A stretch of 64,000 nt of DNA, from positions 22,269 through 86,268 of IMG/VR virus record IMGVR_UViG_3300027861_000018. One strand, given 5' to 3'. Every line of letters starts with the position of its first letter. Positions within the stretch are counted from its first letter, which is position 1. Under the pieces are notes generated by a model. That model searched no databases, was not told the origin of the DNA, and worked only from the letters and a program-made list of their open reading frames with translations. The DNA comes from a virus. A program made the translations under genes and the position numbers. Shown here piece after piece: positions 55,462 to 63,993 of the stretch.

Positions 55462-57051
55462 TCAATTGCCTCGCGCCAACCTGCGGAGCGCAGGGGTGTT
55501 GGTCTTCACTCCGTTGATAGTATACCTGCAAGTGCGCCAATTCAGAGCGCCTGTGGCCCGGCCATCAACGGCAGCCTGGATGGCCGCGGCGGGGTCTGCG
55601 AATGTCGCTGCGAAGGGAGTGCCGTCAACACGCTTGGCGGTGAGTAGGATGACAACCCCCTGCGCGCTGCTGGCTTCTTCGGCACTTGCCGGCGCTGCTT
55701 GAATCTCGGTGTGGGGCGCGGCAGGGGGTGCCTTCTCGACCACAGGAGCGGTCGCAGGAGCGGGTGTCGAGGTGGTGAGCTCGAAGGAAGCGCGGCTGAT
55801 CGAGGTCTGCTTGCGTCCGGTCTTGCTGTCTGTGTCGTGACGCTTGATGGTGCCGGTGATCGTGACGAGCTTGCCGACTTGGATGTCATCACCGACCACG
55901 CCAGTGTTGAAGTTAATAACGTCATTGCCTTCCGCTGTTTGGGCGACAATGACGGTTGTGAGGCCGTATGTGCCCTCAAAGCTGTGCCGGCGCAGGATAG
56001 TTGCTTGAATTGTCGGGATGCCTGTCTTGCCCTTGCCGCCGAAGCGCTGGCCAACATCGCCCATCCAGTCGCTCGGCAGGGCCGTCTGGAGCTTGCGTGC
56101 GATGGCCCGGTCACGCTCACGCTGGTAGACGGCAACTGCGCTGGCAGCCAGGCCCATCTCTTTGGCGCTCACGCTGGAGCGGCTGAGGACAACCCGCAGG
56201 TTGTGCAGGTAGTCGCTGTCAGTGTCGGGGTCGATGTCACGGGCCCAAGCCAGCGCGGCTTCAGCGTCTTGCGCATCCACAGCGTGAAGCTCTGGCAGGC
56301 GTTCGTCCCTGGCCGGCTTGCGCAAGCCGCAAGCGAGTGTAGCCGCATCCCACGCCGTGTCAGCTGTGGCTTCACCTGCGTCCTGGTCTTCACGCGCCTT
56401 GGTGCGGCTGGTCCAACCGATGGCGCGGATGGCAACGGCAGTCCAGGTGAGGGCATCAAGGACTCCAATGCGCCAGATGCCGCCGCCAAAGCTGTAGCCG
56501 TTCCGCTCGCTGTCTTCGAATGCAGCTTGGAATGTGCGCATCCAAGTGGCGCTGGCCAGGATGTCCTTGCCCTCTTGGCCGCCAAGGTAGTCACGGATGC
56601 ATTGGCGGCCGACTCGGCGCAGCTCACCATCTTCGTGGCGGACAACGAACGTCTCGTTGCGCCGGCGGATGGTGCGACAGTGGTCGCACGTTGGGGCGTC
56701 AGTGCGGTAGCTCTTGGGGAGGGCGCCGGTGAAGTGAGGCACTGAGCGGATGACGTTCAGCGAGTTGCCGGCATCATCGGTGCCGTGATCAATGGTTCCC
56801 ACGAACGACCAGCCGCCAAACTTCACAGGGGCGTCCTGCGTGACGGCGCACGGGATGTAGCGCTGGATGAACTTGCGCCCCATCTCATCGCGGAGGGTGA
56901 TATCTGCGGGCTCGCCCTCGGTGACCGTGGGGACGGGCACGCCCAACTTTGCGGCACGCCGTTGGAGCTTGGCAACCTTGGCGCGCACGGCGCCGATGTT
57001 GCACTCTGGGATGTTGAAGGTCCAGCGCGTGTCGTCAGTGGCGATGGTCAT
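55462..57051 (-). CDS. Early phage protein with CxxC motif and probable C-terminal OB-fold
   Basis: CDHCRTIRRRNETFVV...VGRQCIRDYLG; SDYLHNL; FEGTYG...VTITGTIKRH; has its own promoter. Confidence 0.7.
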   Translation of the reverse strand: MTIATDDTRWTFNIPECNIGAVRAKVAKLQRRAAKLGVPVPTVTEGEPADITLRDEMGRKFIQRYIPCAVTQDAPVKFGGWSFVGTIDHGTDDAGNSLNVIRSVPHFTGALPKSYRTDAPTCDHCRTIRRRNETFVVRHEDGELRRVGRQCIRDYLGGQEGKDILASATWMRTFQAAFEDSERNGYSFGGGIWRIGVLDALTWTAVAIRAIGWTSRTKAREDQDAGEATADTAWDAATLACGLRKPARDERLPELHAVDAQDAEAALAWARDIDPDTDSDYLHNLRVVLSRSSVSAKEMGLAASAVAVYQRERDRAIARKLQTALPSDWMGDVGQRFGGKGKTGIPTIQATILRRHSFEGTYGLTTVIVAQTAEGNDVINFNTGVVGDDIQVGKLVTITGTIKRHDTDSKTGRKQTSISRASFELTTSTPAPATAPVVEKAPPAAPHTEIQAAPASAEEASSAQGVVILLTAKRVDGTPFAATFADPAAAIQAAVDGRATGALNWRTCRYTINGVKTNTPALRRLARGN

Positions 57052-57092
57052 CAGGCACTCCGTGAGGGCGGGTTGATCCCCTCATGAAGTCT

Positions 57093-57136
57093 ATTCTAAC
57101 GGACAGCTCCCGTGAAGTCTACCAAGAAATATGTCG
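57093..57136 (-). promoter_or_regulatory. Promoter TAGACT-N17-TAGAAT with repeated upstream element
   Basis: The 21-mer AGTCTACCAAGAAATATGTCG (57116-57136) is identical to 57903-57923. Confidence 0.7.
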
Positions 57137-57197
57137 TTGGGCAGACTAGCTGGGCAATGCGCGTGGGCGACCTGGAAGGATGGGCGGAAAAAGAATT

Positions 57198-57656
57198 TCA
57201 CCACTTGGGCGCCTCGTAGTCAACCCAAGAGTCATGGCGCAACAACTTATGGCCATTGGCGTGGTCATCAAGGTATGAGTAGCACACCTCATGCTCCACC
57301 ATCCTGTCAAAGGAGTCGCTGACATCAATGCACACCCCAACGTAGGCGGCGCTGTTCGGCATAGCGCCCAAGGCATAGGCGTCAGCCCATTCACCGCCGC
57401 CCGGGGCGGGCGTTGAAGCTCGCCATGTCAAGTCAATCACTTTGCCGTTGATGGTGATCCAAGCGTGATGGCAAGGGATGTGGTTGTAGGCATATCCTTC
57501 CCAGTACAGGAAGGGCAAGCCGCGGGCGAGGGCGGCTGAGGCAAGCCGCTGGGCATTATAGATGCCGACGTGAAAGTCAGGCGGAGCGCCGGTGGAGGCC
57601 ATCATGCCCGTTAACAGCTTCAGGTAGTCTAAGAGATGTTGGCTTTTTTTGCTCAC
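57198..57656 (-). CDS. Transglutaminase/papain-fold-like hypothetical protein
   Basis: YWEGYA..IPCHHAW...GKVIDLTW; GTGA overlap. Confidence 0.55.
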   Translation of the reverse strand: MSKKSQHLLDYLKLLTGMMASTGAPPDFHVGIYNAQRLASAALARGLPFLYWEGYAYNHIPCHHAWITINGKVIDLTWRASTPAPGGGEWADAYALGAMPNSAAYVGVCIDVSDSFDRMVEHEVCYSYLDDHANGHKLLRHDSWVDYEAPKW

Positions 57657-57850
57657 GTCAGCACCTCATCAAGGATTGCCGCCACCATCGCCTTGACGCA
57701 GAGGTCGCACGCCATGAGGCGCATTCGAGCACCATTGACCACGATTGCGCGAGGGTGGTGCCGGCCGCAAATATTGCACAGGTAACCGCCTGTGCGCGGG
57801 TGGCGCTCCTCCTCTGGGGGGCGGGCGACCTTGACGCGTTGATGATTCAC
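57653..57850 (-). CDS. Small C4 zinc-finger protein
   Basis: AGGAG then GTG at 57850; CNICG...CDLC. Confidence 0.65.
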   Translation of the reverse strand: MNHQRVKVARPPEEERHPRTGGYLCNICGRHHPRAIVVNGARMRLMACDLCVKAMVAAILDEVLT

Positions 57851-57879
57851 GTTGCACTCCTGTGGGTGAGTTCGCAAAT

Positions 57880-57923
57880 AGTCTATCGCGCACACCCTGC
57901 GGAGTCTACCAAGAAATATGTCG
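57880..57923 (-). promoter_or_regulatory. Promoter TAGACT-N17-TAGACT with repeated upstream element
   Basis: Second copy of the 21-mer, directly after a terminator. Confidence 0.7.
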
Positions 57924-57963
57924 CAACCCAGAAGCTCTGCACTCGCCACAACTACGGCAAACG

Positions 57964-57995
57964 AAAAAAGCCCCCACCTTGTAGGGCAGGGGCTT
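57964..57995 (-). terminator. Rho-independent terminator
   Basis: AAGCCCC...GGGGCTT stem running into a T-tract on the minus strand. Confidence 0.8.
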
Positions 57996-58013
57996 CAGCC
58001 GGCCAGGGACGGG

Positions 58014-58115
58014 GCGCGTAAGGGTGGCATATGGCGAACCCCTTCACCAATTGCAAAAAGCACCGACCTTCACCGGAGTACGGTGGCTCCAGCCGGCATG
58101 CGCACCCTCACGCGC
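58014..58115 (-). ncRNA. Candidate structured small RNA
   Basis: 13-bp closing stem GCGCGUGAGGGUG/CACCCUUACGCGC with internal hairpins; flanked by a promoter-like TAGTCA-N17-TAGAGT (58123-58151) and a terminator. Confidence 0.45.
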
Positions 58116-58169
58116 TGATCCTACTCTATCGCATTGAGCTCTGAGTGACTATCGCCACCATGGCGTGGG

Positions 58170-58419
58170 TCACGCAATTGAGATGAGCACGCCGACCGTG
58201 ATTGGAACTGCCCATTCAACTTCGCAAGCGTCACACCACAGCCCCAACCTTCACGCCTCCTGGGACGTTCACGCGCGGGTAGTTGATCTGATCTCGCAAG
58301 CACGTCTTGTACACGGCCCCGCACCCGGGGCATTCACTAACGACGCACAGGTCAGGCACTTGGAAGCGCTTGATGCTCAACATCCCGTGGGGCTGTTTCC
58401 CTTCCAGTCGCGCTTTCAT
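58170..58419 (-). pseudogene. Small zinc-ribbon protein interrupted by a 1-nt frameshift in a G4 run
   Basis: CPGCG half in frame 0; CDAC..EW half in the +1 frame after GTT-GGGG-CTG (plus 58242-58245); AAGGAGG RBS. Confidence 0.55.
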
Positions 58420-58458
58420 GGCGCACCTCCTTGGCCTGTCGGGACGCTACAGCAGCCG

Positions 58459-59571
58459 CTAGGAGCTGATCTTCTCCCATTCCAAATATGAGCCTTCCTT
58501 CACATACACAGTTTCGCCGCTTGTCTCTGAGCGGAACTGGAAATTCACCGCAGCCGGAGTTGTCGCGTCAGCCTGCATGACAGCTTCAACCAGCACAAGG
58601 CAGCGACCGACTGTGGTGAGTTGATCGTACCAAGTGCCGGGCACTTCATTCACCTTGATATTTGGCGTAGATGTGTGATTGATCGATGAATGGCGCTGCT
58701 GGACCCAGCTCTGGCCTGTGTCACCTTGCCAGCTCCAGTCCACGCCCACGGTAGTGGTGTCAGCTTCTGTAATTGCCCACAGCTTGATTTTGTACCAAGC
58801 GCCGGCCTCATCAGGGGTAAACCCAAGAGTTGAATCTGCCCCCGTCGCAGCATCACTGGTGCTCTGGGTGGTGTCCAGGAACACGCGTGTTGCGCCACCG
58901 CCACCACCTGCCGCCCCGATGTCGACCCAAGCGCCATTGATGTACATCTGGGCCTGGGAATCGGTCTCATTGTAGATGCCCATGCCTTCAGCGGGCGTCA
59001 GCGCATTGCGCTCTGTCGTGGTCAACGACGGCCATTGCGGCGCTACGGTCTCTGACCCCAGGTTCAGCGCAGACCCAGACTTGGCTGTGACGGTCGTGCC
59101 GGTGACTCTGATGGAGCCTGTCTCCACAATCCCGTCACCATATACAATGAAGAGCGGGCTGGTGGCGCTGTCCTGCACCTCCATCTTGGTAGCAGAAGTG
59201 GCAGTGCCGAGTATGGCCAGGATGGAGCTTGTGATGCCGGTGGAGGTCAGGGTGATGCCGGTGGAAGCGGTCAAGGCGACGGCAGCAGCCAAGCTGAGTG
59301 CTTCAGTCCAAGCGCCAGTGACGTCTGCGGTGTATTCACCTCTGGCCGTGTTCGTCGCCTGGTCTTGTCGGATGCGGAAGCCGCCAACGGTTGCCCCGGC
59401 GCCGACGTACATCGCAACCATTGCGTCATCAGTGTCACCGGCCAGTGCGTCTTCATTGATGATCCAGTTCTCATAACTGGTCTCACCTGTGACGCTGAGG
59501 ACATTGCCAGTCTTGATCAGCCCAGAGCCGGCGACCACAGAGGTTTCATTGATTCCAGCATACTCACCCAT
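58459..59571 (-). CDS. Fibre-like virion protein
   Basis: AGSGLIKTGNVLSV and SLTTTERNALTPAEGMGIYN..QMYINGAW fibre motifs; Gly linker then a C-terminal beta domain. Confidence 0.7.
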   Translation of the reverse strand: MGEYAGINETSVVAGSGLIKTGNVLSVTGETSYENWIINEDALAGDTDDAMVAMYVGAGATVGGFRIRQDQATNTARGEYTADVTGAWTEALSLAAAVALTASTGITLTSTGITSSILAILGTATSATKMEVQDSATSPLFIVYGDGIVETGSIRVTGTTVTAKSGSALNLGSETVAPQWPSLTTTERNALTPAEGMGIYNETDSQAQMYINGAWVDIGAAGGGGGATRVFLDTTQSTSDAATGADSTLGFTPDEAGAWYKIKLWAITEADTTTVGVDWSWQGDTGQSWVQQRHSSINHTSTPNIKVNEVPGTWYDQLTTVGRCLVLVEAVMQADATTPAAVNFQFRSETSGETVYVKEGSYLEWEKISS

Positions 59572-59653
59572 GTCACGCTCCGGAGCTATTGGCCCCTATC
59601 GTAGCGCGTTCCAACATGGGCCACCTCTCCATTCAGGAAGCCAACAACCCTGG

Positions 59654-60211
59654 TTACACCAGCCAGCGTGTACGCGCGTTGGCCAGGTTACTCGCGCGAT
59701 CAGGCCGCCATTCAGCACGCCAGCGCTCCTCATTTACGCGCTCGAATGCGCGTAATGATCCAGGGCCGTGGCTGATCTCGATTGGCGCGCCAAGCTCAAG
59801 CAAGGCAAGCGCCAAGGGCATGGGGCACAAGCGGTTGAGCTCTCCGCGCTTGTTTTGCTCCCACGGCCCCGGATCATCGAAGACGGGAATGCCGGCAACT
59901 AGACGTTTCGTCATCCTGGTCTTGAGCATCTTCACAACATCTTGGAGCGTCCTAGCAGTCAACTTGCGACCAACCATCGCAACCAAGTCATCAACGAACC
60001 CATCCACCATCGTATCATCACGAGCATCACGAGCATCACGAGCAACACGCGCAAAGCGTCGCAGAGACCAAGCGCACAAAGCAGGAGCAGGAAGGGACCC
60101 ATCAGCAACCCCAACTGGGACCACCTCGACACCCCGTGACAACCGCTCCAGCGCCAGCAAGCCATCATCAGACCAGTCACCGCGTCGCATTTCATCCGCC
60201 CAAGCAACCAA
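59654..60211 (-). CDS. Hypothetical protein
   Basis: 185-aa ORF downstream of a GCTGTAGGGT motif; short ARD repeat; start uncertain. Confidence 0.45.
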   Translation of the reverse strand: MVAWADEMRRGDWSDDGLLALERLSRGVEVVPVGVADGSLPAPALCAWSLRRFARVARDARDARDDTMVDGFVDDLVAMVGRKLTARTLQDVVKMLKTRMTKRLVAGIPVFDDPGPWEQNKRGELNRLCPMPLALALLELGAPIEISHGPGSLRAFERVNEERWRAEWRPDRASNLANARTRWLV

Positions 60212-60832
60212 GTTATCACGACCCTACAGCTTGCCCCAGGAGGTTGACGACTTGGATGCGATGAGTACCCACCTTACACAACCCACCATTTAGGGCGCAA
60301 ATTCTAAGGCAATCAAGCACCTTTTCCACACTCTCAATCCCACCAAATAATGGGTATGGATAACAGCCTATTCACACCTTGGAGGTATTGAAAACCACTT
60401 TCAGGGCAGAAGGGGCCAACTAACCCGCCCCGGGGCCACCCCCACCCCCACACAATCCCATAATTCAATGGGGCTGGATCACGACTTTGCCGGGGCCAAG
60501 GGGCTTAGAGCTCCACAGTTTCTGGAATCCCAATGAGGGTGCGGGAAGGGGGGTATGAGAATCTGAGCAACTCGGCTCTGGGCGTGACGGTCGGCTCGGG
60601 CTTCATTGGCGCCATGGTCAACTGGCCAAGGGCGCTCTGGAACTGGGTCGTTGGCATGCTTGCCAGGTTCACCTGGCGCATTGATGGTCTGCCTTGGTTC
60701 AGCCCATGGCATTGGCTTGGCGCGGGTATCGACCTAAGGTGCCCGGCATCTTGACTGAGTTTCCAATCAATGGAGTGCGCGTTGGTCGGCCTTGGGGGTT
60801 GTGAGGCTGTGTTGGCGACCTGGCGGTGTTGG

Positions 60833-61027
60833 TGGTGATGGCTATGTTGATGGTGATTGTGGTGATTGTGGTGATTGTGGTGATGGCTATGTTGATGGTG
60901 ATTGTGGTGATTGTGGTGATTGTGGTGATTGTGGTGATTGTGGTGATTGTGGTGATTGTTGTATGTGCATAATGAGCGTGATTGGGGTGATTGTTGTATG
61001 TGCATAATGAGCGTGATTGGGGTGATT
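60833..61027. repeat. Compound tandem repeat: TGGTGATTG x3 and x7 plus a 35-bp duplication
   Basis: Directly visible; 35-bp period at 60951, 60986 and 61021. Confidence 0.9.
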
Positions 61028-61173
61028 GGAGGTTTGAGAAAATACAGTTGCATCCTCATCAGTCCACACAACGCTCCCCCACCCTGGCCCCCACCAGCCC
61101 CAAATTGGCCAGTAGTGGGGGGTTGCCTGGGGTAATTGGCCATCACGCCCAAACCAGCATCCCGCCCAGCCCC

Positions 61174-61246
61174 CATCAATGGACCATCCACACATACTGG
61201 CAAGTCTGGAGGGTCGAGCTCATCAATGGACCATCCACACATACTG
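61174..61246. repeat. 26-bp direct repeat CATCAATGGACCATCCACACATACTG x2
   Basis: Copies at 61174-61199 and 61221-61246. Confidence 0.85.
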
Positions 61247-61479
61247 ATCAGCAGATGGACCAATGTGGATTTGCGGGCGCTGGGCGCGGCAAGTCGGCCT
61301 AGTTGGCCAGCTACGGGGCGCAGCTAGCGCCGGTCAGGGGCGAGGTTGGGAGGAGCCGGCCGGCGCTCCCTAGCTGGGCACCTGCTTCGCCGATGAGGGC
61401 GGACGGCCCACCCTTATCCTCGGGATGATGGAGGCGGATGCCGATTGGAGCGCTTAGACGCTCCGGCGCTAGGCGCTGG

Positions 61480-61581
61480 AAGTGATGGGCGCTTGGGCGC
61501 TATGGCGCCATTGGGCGGCGTCTCGGAGGGCGCGCGCGGTTGGATGGCTGACGGATGGTGAAAGTGATGGGCGCTTGGGCG
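61480..61581. repeat. 20-bp direct repeat AAGTGATGGGCGCTTGGGCG x2
   Basis: Copies at 61480-61499 and 61562-61581. Confidence 0.8.
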
Positions 61582-62144
61582 TGATGAGCGTTCGGGAGGT
61601 GATTGGCACTGGCGCACATGCCACATAGAACCCCAATCACGCCGCGCCAATCACCCCCAAACCATCATCTTCAACAATCGGGTTAGGGAGTCTTCAACCC
61701 GTCAACGGTCGCTCTCTTTGGGTCCTTACGCCCATTCCCTACCCAACTGGATAGGTACCAAGGGAGCCTACCTCGCAATGGCCTAGAGCCATCCCCTACC
61801 GCGCCCCTACCCTCTCCCTCTCCTCTTCCTCTCTCTTCCTCGTTGCCTTCTCCAGTTACGCTTCTACCCTTTTCCTTCAATCCCTTCCATTGAATGGAGG
61901 TTAGGCAGCCTACCCCTTTGATCGCTTCTTTCTCGACTCGGGCCGTTGGATCGGTTTGTTCGGGGTTTCTCTTTCTCTCCTTTGATCCAGTTGGGGGAGG
62001 GTTGGGGCCGTTGAGGGGCTCCTCTTTCCTTACGAGGGCTTTCTAGGCATCCAGGGTGGAGGGGTTGTATCCTCGGGTGGATTGCTTAGGGGGATGCCTT
62101 CTAGCCCAGTTGGAGAGCGTTTCCATTGGGTGGGTCGAAGCCGG

Positions 62145-62234
62145 GGCGCTGAACGAATACGCCGCCGCGGCTATAGCGGCGCTGAACGAATACGCCGCCG
62201 CGGCTATAGCGGCGCTGAACGAATACGCCGCCGC
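62145..62234. repeat. 33-bp tandem repeat x2.7
   Basis: GGCGCTGAACGAATACGCCGCCGCGGCTATAGC at 62145, 62178 and a partial copy at 62211. Confidence 0.9.
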
Positions 62235-62291
62235 CTCGCCTCCCGTTGGTCGTTCGGGGTATGAGCTCGGGATTCTCTTGGGCGAAACAGC

Positions 62292-62317
62292 AAAAGGCGC
62301 CCCCGGTTGGGGCGCCT
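62292..62317 (-). terminator. Rho-independent terminator ending the early cassette transcript
   Basis: AGGCGCCCC-aaccg-GGGGCGCCT-TTT on the minus strand. Confidence 0.7.
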
Positions 62318-62369
62318 CGTAGGTTCATAGGGGGGGGGTGAGCTCGGGATAGCCCAGGCGGTCCTGGGT

Positions 62370-62543
62370 CTATCGGGCAGCCAGCTCGGCTTCCATCCCG
62401 GCGAGCGCGAACCCAACGCGGTTGGCTTCGACCAACTTCATCCCGGCGAGGAGCGAATCCAACAGTTCATCTGTCACTTTGACGAGGTCAGTGAGGGCAT
62501 TGGTCTCGATATCGGCGTAGGCGTTGGTCGTTTCGGGGGTCAT
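62370..62543 (-). CDS. Small early protein (57 aa)
   Basis: CTGGAGTACCG-ATG; MTPETTNAYADIETNALTDLVKV...ELAAR. Confidence 0.65.
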   Translation of the reverse strand: MTPETTNAYADIETNALTDLVKVTDELLDSLLAGMKLVEANRVGFALAGMEAELAAR

Positions 62544-62581
62544 CGGTACTCCAGAATGGTGGGTTGGGGCGGGATATGGCG

Positions 62582-62956
62582 TTAAGGGCGCGTCAGTCGG
62601 ACGACCTCAGCCCACTCCAATCGCTCGGCTTCCTCTTGGATATTGGTGAGCGGACTGGAGGAAGTGCTGCGGGTGCCGAGCGCGTTGGAAAGCGCGTAGG
62701 CGTGGAGCTGATCCATCGCCAGCTCTCTCGTATCTGCGATCAAATGTGCCTTTTCAACCCACCTGGCCGCGTCTCGCCAAACGCGCAATCTCGCGCTAGC
62801 GTCGACGGCAGCGCCGTGACGTCGAAGGATATCGGCGGGCCGAGCTTCATTATTGGCGATTGCGGCGGTGAGCTCCGCGGCAAAGGCGCTAATACGCCTG
62901 GTTGCGGTGGCAATTTCGGCCGATGCGCGAGCGTCGACGGCGTTGAAGATGGTCAT
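62582..62956 (-). CDS. Early hypothetical protein
   Basis: Starts immediately after a 161-bp promoter/RBS cassette. Confidence 0.75.
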   Translation of the reverse strand: MTIFNAVDARASAEIATATRRISAFAAELTAAIANNEARPADILRRHGAAVDASARLRVWRDAARWVEKAHLIADTRELAMDQLHAYALSNALGTRSTSSSPLTNIQEEAERLEWAEVVRLTRP

Positions 62957-63116
62957 TTGGTACTCCAGTTGGGTCCGTCGGGTTCCCTCCCGACACTTCT
63001 AATCTAGTCAATTCCAAATTGGAAGGAAAGAAAAAAGATTGAGTAATTCCAAAAAAGATGGACCAATGCTTGGAAAGGGCCCAAGGCGGACTCCTTGGAG
63101 CCGAGCTCAAGCGCTT
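62956..63116. repeat. 161-bp direct repeat copy 1 (promoter/RBS cassette)
   Basis: Identical by eye to 63650-63810. Confidence 0.92.
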
Positions 63117-63649
63117 TCGAGATCTCCACCGATGATACGGTACTCGGTCCCGTTGGGGTGCTTGAAGTAGACCTCAACCATGTTGTCACCTCCGTCGGAG
63201 TAGTGCTTCAGGATCCCAAGCTTCTTGGCTCCCTTGATAGCAGGGCCGAGCTCCTTCTCCAGATCCTTCTTCTCCTGCTGCAGGTCCTGGATGCGCTCGT
63301 CGATGCTCGCGAGATCCTCGAACTTGCTGGAGGAGTCCCAACCGGTGCCATCTCTCCCGGTCGCCTCGTACATGGCATTCAGGACCTCGTCCGCTTCCAT
63401 GGCCTCCTTGAGAGTCATGGACTTGTCCTTGAGAACAGTCGATCTCCGGGCTTCCAGAGAGACGAGCACCTTGTCCTTCGGATCGAGAGAGCCGTAGTTC
63501 GGGGCTGCCAAGGCCGCCGCAGTTACGGCCGCAACAAGCTCACTTTTCTTGATTCCTCGGGTCGCGATTCCGAGGTCGCGGGCAACGGCGCGGAGGCCGT
63601 CGGCGCCGTTCATCTTGAGGCCGGCGAAGTCGATTGCGAGGGTAGTCAT
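63107..63649 (-). CDS. Early protein with N-terminal Rho-N/HeH-like motif and coiled coil
   Basis: LRAVARDLGIATRGIKKSELVAAV; IDERIQDLQQEKKDLEKEL. Confidence 0.75.
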   Translation of the reverse strand: MTTLAIDFAGLKMNGADGLRAVARDLGIATRGIKKSELVAAVTAAALAAPNYGSLDPKDKVLVSLEARRSTVLKDKSMTLKEAMEADEVLNAMYEATGRDGTGWDSSSKFEDLASIDERIQDLQQEKKDLEKELGPAIKGAKKLGILKHYSDGGDNMVEVYFKHPNGTEYRIIGGDLESA

Positions 63650-63810
63650 TTTGGTACTCCAGTTGGGTCCGTCGGGTTCCCTCCCGACACTTCTAATCTA
63701 GTCAATTCCAAATTGGAAGGAAAGAAAAAAGATTGAGTAATTCCAAAAAAGATGGACCAATGCTTGGAAAGGGCCCAAGGCGGACTCCTTGGAGCCGAGC
63801 TCAAGCGCTT
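63650..63810. repeat. 161-bp direct repeat copy 2
   Basis: Identical by eye to 62956-63116. Confidence 0.92.
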
Positions 63811-63962
63811 AGCGCCCATCCCGGCTAGCGCGACTTGGCCAATCCCTCATCTCTCGGGCTGTTACTAGCCATCCAGAGTGGGTTGGTGGATAGGGGGGGT
63901 GGAAGGTTGGGCCGGGTGCCCTACGCCCACCAACGAGCACGCTCCTTTCCTGCCCTCCGTGC

Positions 63963-63993
63963 GCGGAACCCTGCGGAACCCTGCGGAACCCTG
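63963..63993. repeat. 10-bp tandem repeat GCGGAACCCT x3
   Basis: Directly visible at the window end. Confidence 0.85.

Noticed and set aside
55699-56745. 348-aa plus-strand ORF
   Set aside because: Antisense shadow of the promoter-driven 55462-57051 gene.
58055-58070. GTCGGTGCTTTTT resembling the 3' end of a Cas9 tracrRNA
   Set aside because: Short match only; no anti-repeat, CRISPR array or cas gene in the window.
60505-61263. His-rich 252-aa ORF, and the GDC-repeat ORF on the plus strand, as metal-binding proteins
   Set aside because: Both arise from the 9-bp DNA repeat; adjacent repeats have 35- and 47-bp periods that break frame, and no RBS is evident.
62145-62234. 33-bp repeats as a CRISPR array or an ALNEYAAAAIA repeat protein
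   Set aside because: Head-to-tail with no spacers; the ORFs covering them lack RBS support.
62956-63810. 161-bp repeats as IS ends, att sites or LTRs
   Set aside because: No transposase or integrase nearby, and the internal content is promoter/RBS-like.
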